From Octopus vulgaris (lineage: Eukaryota): DNA of 64,000 nt. The stretch lies in contig OX597835.1 in assembly GCA_951406725.2 (NCBI GenBank), positions 20,522,001 through 20,586,000 on the forward strand, read 5' to 3'. The notes beneath the pieces are model-generated. The model saw only the letters and a program-made list of their open reading frames with translations. It was not told the DNA's origin and did not search any database. A program made the position numbers and the translations under genes. Positions 54,270 through 64,000 of the stretch are shown one piece after another. Position 1 is the stretch's first letter. Every line of letters begins with the position of its first letter.

Positions 54270-54899
54270 TGCAAGCATGTATCTATGTCTGTATATATAA
54301 AAAAATCTTAAGTACCTTTCATTAACACAAGTTGAAGTTTAGTAATATAACACATTTTTCTATTATGTTTTGCTTTATTGACTAAAAATGTATTTTGTGA
54401 AAGACAGAATTCATAGCAAATATTACTGATATGTGGTTGTGTGTGTGTGTGTGCGTGCGTACGCATACAAATAAATACATATATATAGATATCGGTATAG
54501 AAGTATGTATGTATTTATACGCCTAGATATATACATGGATACACATATATGTATATATACGTGTGACTGGCTGAATGTATATATACACGCAAACTAGACT
54601 ACGTAATCTGTATGCTTCTATAATAATTCTGCTATCACCATTTGTGCAATTACGTTTCAAGCGGCAACTTGTTAACTAAAATATATTACTTGATTTTTTG
54701 TACACGTATCTGTAATTCATCAACTACGCCCACTGATGGAGATTAGTATATACTAATTTAGTCATACGCCAAACAATATTTTGGCAAATATACAGAAGTC
54801 AAGTTGTTGCTAAAAAGCGTTAATAAGACTGAAAAATGAAATATTAATGCATTCGAGTACGTGGACAACTACTTCAAAAACGGTACACACACACATGTA

Positions 54900-54939
<40 letters not shown>

Positions 54940-54941
<2 letters not shown>

Positions 54942-55146
54942 TAATCCAAACATGAAAACACAAAGAGAAGAGACAACAAGGCGAGGGCGTGGAACAAATA
55001 TAGTATTATTGAACATTCAGGAAGGAAGCGAAGAAGGAGGGTTTAACGTTTCGAGCGGACCTCTTCGTCAGAAACATAGGAAAAGGAAAGATCCAGAGAA
55101 GGAAAGACGCAGGAAGAAAAATCGCCAACGGTACACTTGCGGACAC
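54940..55146 (-). mobile_element. Hammerhead-bearing mini-element family P1
   Basis: Homologous to 7223-7425, with (TA)n on both sides. Confidence 0.75.
55041..55075 (-). ncRNA. Minimal type I hammerhead ribozyme motif
   Basis: GTTT-CTGACGA-A-GAG gtccg CTC-GAAAC-GTT-AAAC, with palindromic ACGT stem III. Confidence 0.72.
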
Positions 55147-55150
55147 ATTT

Positions 55151-55198
<48 letters not shown>

Positions 55199-55203
<5 letters not shown>

Positions 55204-55905
55204 GTTTTCCAGAAAGTTCATATCGATGTTTAAAGGAATAAAAAGGTCAAATACTTACCATTACATTTTTAATCAACCAAATATGAACCATTTTGTTGCA
55301 CAATGCGTCTCCATATGTCCTTTAACTTGAAAACACCCTCTTCCCAGAATTGAAGTGGTTTTATGGCAAAGAATTCATCAAGGTATCTTCTTAAGTTATC
55401 CAAGGAAGTGAAATATTTATCATGAAGACTATTCAGCAGAGACCTGAATAAGTGAAAATCCGAAGGAGCAATATCTAGTGAATATGGAGAGTGGGCCAAC
55501 ACATCCCAGCCGAGCTACAGCAATTTTTGTCTGGTATCCCAAAGAAACGTGCGGTCTTGCATTACCATGTTGGAAAACAAGACCATTCCTGTTGACCAAT
55601 TCTGGACGTTTCTCTTGAATTGCTGCTTTTAACTCGACCAGTTGTGTGCAGTATTTCTCAGAATTTATTGTCTGGTTACTTGGGAGAAACTCATAGTACA
55701 CAATTCTTTTCCAGCCCCACCAGACACAAAGCAAGACTTTTTTAGGGTGAAGACCCGCTTTTGGGGTGGCTAAGGGTGGCTAAGGGTGGCTCATGTCGCT
55801 TACTCCAGAATCGCTTTCTCTGAATATTTCGGTAGATAATCCATCAAGTGCCGAAAATGAAATGTCATCTTGGGGTTTGTTCTTCGTATTTTGTGGTGAT
55901 TAACC
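55199..55905 (-). mobile_element. mariner element remnant with internal deletion
   Basis: TIR-like tattgggttttccagaaagttc at a TA tract. Transposase motifs GLHPKKVLLCVWW, VFQHGNARPH, HSPYSLDIAPSDFHLF. Stop at 55269. Confidence 0.9.
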
Positions 55906-55952
55906 ATATATAAGTGTGTATATACACATATAACTATGGCTGTATCTATTTT

Positions 55953-55992
<40 letters not shown>

Positions 55993-55994
55993 CA

Positions 55995-56036
<42 letters not shown>

Positions 56037-56083
56037 TATATATTATATGTATATAAATATAACTATATATGTATACATATTTA

Positions 56084-56118
<35 letters not shown>

Positions 56119-56157
56119 GTGTATGTATGTATATATGAATAGACATAGATAGATAGA

Positions 56158-56350
56158 TTTCTTTATTGGCCACGCAGGACTGAACACAAAGTACAAAGTA
56201 GGGCTTTTCTTTTTGGGAAGACGACAAGGGAAAAAAGGGGGCGAATTCTGGTCAAAAGGGATCGTGAAAAATAATTGGGGCCGATCAATAGGGATTGTGT
56301 ATCACAGAAATGTCTGCAAAAAGGGAAAGCAGATTAGGTTTGTCCGTGCA
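56158..56350 (-). mobile_element. Probable LINE 3' UTR fragment ending like SINE family B
   Basis: Minus strand ends tttgtgttcagtcctgcgtggccaataaagaaa, versus family B tgtgtttagccccttgtggg(c/t)a(a/g)taaagaaa. Confidence 0.5.
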
Positions 56351-57006
56351 TGGATGGATGGATGGATGGATGGAAAATATAGACGGACATTTTTCAGAAG
56401 GTGATTTCTTTTAATAACAAAAGAATACTAGATCAGGACGGATGTGATATTTGATCCGCTTTCATTTTCTTTGATACTGTTTACGATTCAACATGTCGAT
56501 TCTCTTCTGAAATCTTATTAAATTTAGAAGAAACTTTTAAACTTTAAATCTAAAATCTTTTCGCTTGTCTTGTGGTATCTGAACACTAAACGGAAAGTAA
56601 CTGCGATGAATATTTGCAGCACAGGAGCAAAGCTATAAATGTAGAGCAAAATTTGCTTTTTCTTTCTCCATAAAGTTAAGCAATTCTACATCACAAGTTA
56701 GGAGATATTATGCGATCTCCATTATATCTTCCCAATGTCCAGACGCGTATCAGTTTCACTTGTAATTTTCTCATGGACTCAAATCTAATTTATTTACATT
56801 TAATGTATCTTTCGCTTTCTATCTCTCTCACTTTCTTACTTCCACTGTGTGTATGTCTCATTTGCTCTCTCTCTCTCTATCTCTCTCTCTATATATATAT
56901 ATAGAAAGAGAGAGAGAGAGATATTTAGGTATATACATATATACATATAAACACGTATATATATATATACATATACACACACATATATATACGTGTATAT
57001 ATATAC

Positions 57007-57054
<48 letters not shown>

Positions 57055-57300
57055 TATATGTGCGTGTGTGTGTGTCTGTGTCTGTAATGTGTCTTTATAT
57101 ATATATATATATATACAGGTAGACGGATAAGTATAATAAATATATATATATTTATATATACATATCTGTGTGTTTGTGTGTGTTTATATATGTATATATA
57201 TACTTACATATATACGTATATATAGATATATATCAGTATATATATATATATATGTATGTATTATATATATCCATATATATCAGTATATATATATATGTAT

Positions 57301-57394
<94 letters not shown>

Positions 57395-58635
57395 TATATG
57401 AATTTATGTATCAATATATATTCACCATGTGATGTAAATAATCATTACTCACAGTGGGATATCTGGCGCCATCTATAATGAGAAATAAATGCAAAATACG
57501 AAGACTTATGATGAATATCATAACAATATTTTATAATGTAATATTACGTGCTGTGAGGCAGAAATTTGGTAAAGGTAGAAATATATACATGTACACCTTG
57601 ATGGACTTTTACCTCCAACTACCCATAACGATATGAGAAGAAATCAAATAACTTAAGAGACCGTTGGTGTAATGTCGAGTTTAACATTAACCGGTTCACG
57701 CTTTTTATCATTTGTTTAAACCTGTATTTTACTTCATACCCGTCTTTAAATATTCTCATTGCCTGTTTACTTCATATTACGCTCTATTTTCTCCGTTTCT
57801 TTCTTTTCTCTCTCTGCACTTGCTTCCTATTTACTTCAAATCTTTGTCACCATGTTCCTGTCTTTAGACAAATATAAGAGACCCCCACTAGTATTGTAAT
57901 GAGTACTACTGGCAGAACGTCTGCAGTGTAAGAAAATCTATTTTGTCATATTTGTTAAAATCTTGATGATGTCAAATTTTCTTTTTCTTCTTTCACGCTC
58001 GTTAAAAGAAATTACTACTGAAGTAGTTATGCCGATGTAATTCACTAACTTTGCGCCCCCTCCCTTACAATTACTGGTATTGTACCAAAATTGGAACTCT
58101 TTCCCATTAAAGGTTTTGAATAGTTGATTCTTCATTGACATAGGTAGATCCCTTTCTTTTCTGATTTCATTGATCATGACCACTGCTCGTAGCATGCGAC
58201 GACAATTGCCTATGTTGAAAGTCGCTACAACTGAGACGCCCTGCAATGTGTGCCGTTTATCAATTTAATTTTTGCGTCCATTGTTTGGGGCTACGCAGAT
58301 CGACGTACCTTCCGGTACGGGTTGTTTTCGAAATAATGCCATGGTAACTAAATGTTCTCTTGTTGTTCTCTTCTGATCATAATTCACCACTATATTTCTC
58401 TACCTGTCGTCATTTTTCCAACCTTCACGTTGAGATCTCATATAAATATGAACCTCTAGTTCGGAAAACACATTTTATTTGTTTTACTTCCTTCGTAGAT
58501 ACATCCATATATGTTTGTATATATGTGTGTACGTATGCATGGATATACGTATGTGTATATATGTATGCATGTATGTATGTGTGTATATATATACGCATAC
58601 ATATGTGTATATATGTATGTATGCATGTATGTATG

Positions 58636-58693
<58 letters not shown>

Positions 58694-58703
58694 TGTATGT
58701 ATA

Positions 58704-59118
58704 GGCGCAGGAGTGGCTGTGTTGTAAGTAGCTTGCTTAACAACCACATGGTTCCGGGTTCAGTCCCACTGCATGGCACCTTGGTCAAGTGTCTTCTACT
58801 ATAGCCTCGGGTCGACCAAAGCCTTGTGAGTGGATTTGGTAGACGGAAACTGCAAGAAGCCCGTTTTATATATGTATATATATGAGTGTATGAGTGTGTA
58901 TATGTTTGTGTGTGTGTGTTTCTCCCCCCAACATCGCTTGGTAATCGATGCTGGTGTGTTTACGTCCCCGTAACGTAGCGCTTCGGCAAAAGAGATCGAT
59001 AGAATAAGTACTAGGCTTATTTGCTCGACTAAAGGCGGTGCCGATTTGCTCGACTAAAGGCGGTGCTCCAGCATGGCCACGGTCACATGACTGAAACAAG
59101 TAAAAGTATAAAAGAGAG
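58704..59118 (+). mobile_element. SINE family A, full length, with local duplication
   Basis: Family A consensus, with atttgctcgactaaaggcggtgc present twice (59019-59067). Confidence 0.9.
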
Positions 59119-59822
59119 TAGAAAAAGGACCTCTCGGTCCATTATGTGAATTACATATTTGAGGGTAGAAGTTGTTTGTGACTCATAAAGCCAATACTCA
59201 TGTTTTCGGTCGCCAAAAGATTAACACTCATCCCAGTCAGTCGTGCAAACACTCTCTACATTGCACTGGCAGAAGCAACAGACATTTCAGATATTTACGC
59301 AACCGAGAGAAACACACTTTCTCACAATGAGAAAAACTGCAGCTATGAGACCAAACCGCCGGCGTTGCATTACTCACACCGTGTACGCATAAAAGCTGAA
59401 TCAGTTAGACATAATGACATATGATATGCAATCGAAATTCCGTGTAATTTTATAAGCTACTTTAGTGTCTAGTCCAGTACACTGTTGTAATATAGTGAAA
59501 ATATTGCGGAACAAGCTGATAATGGTAAAACTAAAACAGGATATGAGATTGTATGGAAAAGTCGTTTCTTGTTTTATGATACAGAGAACTGCAAAGTGAG
59601 TGCAAGTTTCCGGTAATCGCTCTTTGGTGGGAAATATATGTGAGGAAAGGAAAAATTTTGTACCGGCAAAGAGAAAACTTTCGCATTTACAGTAAATCTC
59701 ACAAATAGAAATGCTGTAAATTATCCTTCCTCACTTTGTTTCATTTTCTCTCTTCTTCTGCGCCTCGCACAATTCAATTTGTACAAACGCGCGCGCGCAC
59801 ACACACACATATATATATACAG

Positions 59823-60010
59823 ACGCCATGATAGATCGTTAGCCACTACACACATTTTTTCTCTCCTTGTTTTTTCTGTGTCCCTTTCTGTAGAAGAGCG
59901 TAGGCTTGAAACGTAAAAGATTTTTTCTATTCCTGAGCATTATACTAATACATTTGTTTGTTTTGTAGACCTGTCTTCGTCTTTTGTTTTTTTTTTTCGT
60001 AAACTCTCCC
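59823..60010 (+). mobile_element. Hammerhead-bearing mini-element family P2
   Basis: Reverse complement of 53141-53330. Motif CTTT-CTGTAGA-A-GAGC gtag GCTT-GAAAC-GTA-AAAG at 59884-59919. Confidence 0.75.
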
Positions 60011-60430
60011 TATATATATATATGAAAAAGAAGAACGAACATGGTACTATTTAAATTTCTTTATATAAATATATTAAATATATGTTTTTGTTTTACATGT
60101 TTCGGTTGTTTAAAGGCCTTATCAAAAATATGTACTTATATGAAATATGTACAGAAAAAAGTTATCAATAAAATTATTAATATAATCATTCATAGTGTAC
60201 TTATCATTTTCCTGCAAGAGCACGGGGTAATTTCCTTAAATTTTCGTGGCATTACTAGTGGTAATCTAGACAGCAAACATGGAGAAACAAAGACATTTTT
60301 TAATGTATTTATGTAAAGAAATTTAAACGTACCTCGATTTTTAAAGGAAGCAGCTTTTTCGTTCTTTTTCTGAAATATCTATTTACTCGTGTGTTACCTC
60401 TACATTTTATATATATATATATATATATAC

Positions 60431-60495
<65 letters not shown>

Positions 60496-60626
60496 CTGTG
60501 GAGACATTTTTGTAGAAAAAGGAAATAGTAGTCTTTGGCTGCTATTTCTAAAATTGTCGGTATGTGGTCATGCAACTTGTTGCAAACCCTTATTGCTATA
60601 ATTATATATATAAATGTATATATATA

Positions 60627-60827
60627 CGGAGATGTACTCACATAGCAAGTGATTTTATCTGAGATCGTGTGCTGAAACGAAAACAATTGCAGCGTGGAAG
60701 GTGTTTGTAAGCCATTTAAGAAACACACAAAAACCATTAGATTCACTTCAACATTTAAATTTAATTTGTCAAAATATTTTCGTCGCTAAAATCCGCGACC
60801 TGTTCACTGACAAAAATCCGTGCTGCA
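60627..60827 (-). mobile_element. Mini-element family P4 with variant hammerhead
   Basis: Partial second copy at 25537-25613. Flanked by TA and CT microsatellites. Confidence 0.65.
60765..60814 (-). ncRNA. Hammerhead-like motif with G3-C8 swapped core
   Basis: TTTGTCA-GTGAACA-G-GTCGC ggatttta GCGAC-GAAA-A TA T-TT^TGACAAA: 7-bp stem I, 5-bp stem II, palindromic AATATT stem III. Confidence 0.65.
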
Positions 60828-61451
60828 TCTCTCTCTCTCTCTATCTATCTCTCTCTCTATATATATATATATATCGCTCGGGAGTGACACTGATAGTATG
60901 TAACTCAGTATTAGCTGTCTCTGGGAAAGCTGTCAGCAAGAAATCCAGCTTTTTCATGAGCAAGGTTGTTCTGTACGCGTGCTTTGTGTGTGTGTGTATG
61001 TATGTATATATGCATGCATAAGGATTTAGATATTTATGGTCAGATTGACTGAAACGCAATTAACCTACTAGTGAGGCCACTGACCCAGAAAAGTCTAACA
61101 AAAGAAGTCTAACAAAACCCATATTGCATATTGTTCATTGTAATTGTGTCAAACTATTGCACTGAAACTATGCTATCCCTATTTGGGAAAGAGAGTGGCC
61201 AGTCATACACAAAACATTGGCACTAAAAGGAAAAATTAGCTGGCTGTTGGAGCGCCATACACGGAAACCGACAGAAAAATCAATATGTACATATAACAAA
61301 ATTTGGTGAATAAGAGATATTTAATGTTATTAAAACATCAGCAACATCTCCGACCGTAACTCTTGCCAAGTGATTCTGCTGTACTTCTTGAAATACCATT
61401 TTTTTTTTAGAAATTTCATTTAAAAAAAATATTTCTTGATATTTTCTCTCG

Positions 61452-61679
61452 CTCTTTACTCTTTTACTTGTTTCAGTCATTTGACTGTGGCCATGCTGGA
61501 GCACCGACTTTAGTCGAGCGAATCGACCCCGGGACTTATTCTTTGTAAGCCTAGTACTTATTCTATCGGTCTCTTTTGCCGAACCGCTAGGTTACGGGGA
61601 TGTAAACACACCATCATCGATTGTCAAGCGATGTTGGGGGGACAAACACAAAACCACAAACACAGACACATACACAGGT

Positions 61680-61690
<11 letters not shown>
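61452..61690 (-). mobile_element. SINE family A, 3' half
   Basis: Ends in the internal microsatellite. Confidence 0.88.
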
Positions 61691-61757
<67 letters not shown>

Positions 61758-62661
61758 TGAAATGAAAAGATGAACATTACAGTGGATGAGAGATGATTTT
61801 TAAAAAATTTCAATCAGGTTAACGGTTTTAAAAAGACAAAATATTCTTAACGTTTCGTGCACCAGTCATTCATCAAATGTTTAAAAAAACATTCTAGAGT
61901 AAACGCGCCCGAGAAAACAAGATCCATTTTAGGTGTTAGATGGGAATGTGAATCAATAAGGAAGAATTAGAAAGAGACGTAGGGGTAAGCTGGTCTGAGC
62001 ATAAAGCAGTGCATCCGAGTTTGAGGGAATCATAATGAGACATTGCTATGAATGTGGTTTTTGTGTTGTGGTTATTCATACGGAGATGTGTAAGTACAGA
62101 AACATAACGGCATGAGTTAGTAAGAGTGTAATGTTGATGTTTATACACGACAGTTACGCTTGCGTAGAGTGGGAGTGTCAGAAATGGAAGGAGAGTGGTA
62201 AAAGGGAAGGCTAGAGAATTGTTAGTCGTTTGATGTTCAAAATTGTAGGTGTATTTTGTGAAAAACATAGGAAAAAGAGTATATGACATTCATGCGGGAC
62301 TAACTGACTTCTGAGAGAAAGGAAAACACTGCACGAAGAGGGGCAAAATGTGAATATAAAGCAGATGAACAGATGGGAAAAAACTGAAGAGAACAGCAAA
62401 ATGGAAAATAAGAAAAGAGTATGAATCCGTAGAAAGGGATGAGAATGAAAATTCAGAGAAAATTTGGAGACAAAATATGACGATAAAATTCTGTTTAGAT
62501 AAAAGTCTAACACGCGACAACCACACAGGTACACAACAACTGCATAATATCGGGAGGTAGAATTTCTCATAGTACACACACACACACGGATACACATATA
62601 CAAATATATGTACATATATGTACATGTGTATTTATATATATATTGGCATATAAATTATTTG

Positions 62662-62722
<61 letters not shown>

Positions 62723-62745
62723 CGTGTGTGTGTGTGTGTGTGTGT

Positions 62746-62985
62746 GGAGGCGCCTGGCTTAATGGTTAGGGTATCAGAATCATGATCGTAAGATTGTGAT
62801 TTCGATTCCTGGACCGGGCGACGCGTTGTGTTCTTGAGCAAAACACTTCATTCCACGTTGCTCCAGTCCACTCAGCTGGCAAGAATGAGTAATGCTGCGA
62901 TGGACTGGCGTCCCGTCCAGCTGGGGAACACATACACCATCGAAACCGGGCCCATGAGCCTGGGTAGGATTTAATAGGGCGCATT

Positions 62986-62990
<5 letters not shown>
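62746..62990 (+). mobile_element. SINE family E (tRNA head, CORE-like block, gcgatggactggcgtcccgtccag motif)
   Basis: A/B boxes tggcttaatggttagg / tttcgattcc, followed by ttcttgagcaaaacactt...ccagtccactcagctg. Confidence 0.8.
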
Positions 62991-63020
<30 letters not shown>

Positions 63021-63025
<5 letters not shown>

Positions 63026-63360
63026 CCTTGGGCAATTCTCTACTATAGCCCCGGACCGACCAAAGCCTTGTGAGTGGATTTGGTAGACGGAAACTGAAAG
63101 AAGCCCTTCATATATATGTATATATATATATATGTGTGTGCGTGTATGTTTGTGTGTCTGTGTTTGTCCCATCCAACATCGCTTGACACCCGATGCTGGT
63201 GTGTTTATGTCCCCCTCACTTAGCGGTTCCACAAAAGTGACCGATAGAATAAGTACTGGGCTTACAAAGAATAAGTCCCGGGGTCGAGTTGCTCGATTAA
63301 AGGCGGTGCTCCAGCATGGCCGCAGTCAAATGGCTGAAACAAGTAAAAGAGTAAAAGAGT
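63021..63360 (+). mobile_element. SINE family A lacking the tRNA head
   Basis: Starts at tggcaccttgggcaa after (TA)n. Confidence 0.88.
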
Positions 63361-64000
63361 ATATATATATATATATTTAATATTAGGGTAATAAGTATTA
63401 TAGAAATTATTATTACTAGTGGCCTAGCACAAAACATAGTCAATAGACTATGTATTATTCATATAAAAATATTGTGTACATTAGAACACATTAAGAGGCT
63501 TCCAAATAGGAAAGCCTTGTGCTAGAAAGAGCAGTAGAAAACTCAAACCACCAATTATGGATAAGGCTAGTTTTCGTCAGTAGGAAGCCTTTAGATTTCA
63601 TGCATATGCATATATATAACCATTTGAGTATTGAACAAGACAAATTACTCTTTTATGCTTTCGTATATCGGTTTGATAAGACATTTATCCATTTGTCTTT
63701 CAATGCAGATACAAATCTCTCAATGTCAGCATATTTTTCTCTTAGTGTCTCTCACACAAACATATAAGTATATAACACACACACAAGCAGAAACACACAC
63801 ATACCTGCTCACAAAACATTCATTTATGAATATGTAAGCGTGTATACTTGTGTCTACTGTAATACTTAAATGAACGCGTAATTTAACTGTTAGGACAATA
63901 AGTTTCACCTTTCGGTTCATCGTTTGGAACTGTGAGGTGTAATATTGAGAACATCAGCTTTAATTTGATATTGTATTACTTCATTCAATATATTGATTTC

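Noticed and set aside
57938-58340. 102-aa ORF and nearby ccatggtaac RFX-like half site
   Set aside because: No homology recognisable, and a half motif alone does not support a promoter
61936-62530. Purine-skewed tract (also 4860-5290) as an ancient Penelope-like ORF
   Set aside because: Composition is suggestive but no diagnostic RT or GIY-YIG motif is visible; needs tBLASTn

Overview
AT-rich, repeat-dense, apparently non-genic (intergenic or deep intronic) metazoan DNA. The SINE families and the very high (TA)n/(CA)n/(GATA)n load strongly suggest an octopus/cephalopod genome (inference from repeat content, not a database match). I found no host protein-coding exon I can support. Nearly all listed ORFs are microsatellite or SINE artefacts, and the only recognisable proteins are decayed transposon remnants: piggyBac, two mariner, one Tc1-type, RTE, CR1 and an RLE-type LINE. 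Non-autonomous elements include several tRNA-derived SINE families (some multimeric or tail-swapped), three mini-Helitrons, two Merlin-like MITEs with 8-bp TSDs, and two long inverted-repeat elements. The most notable signal is a set of short (~200-370 bp) non-coding elements inserted in (TA)n tracts that carry type I hammerhead ribozyme motifs with palindromic stem III, as known for Penelope-like retroelements. One is fully canonical with extended stems (39530-39628, minus). Others have unusual cores: a G3-C8 swap, a U3-A8 swap, and a CUGUAGA core seen in two copies. Coordinates were counted by eye and may be off by a few bases at diffuse element ends.
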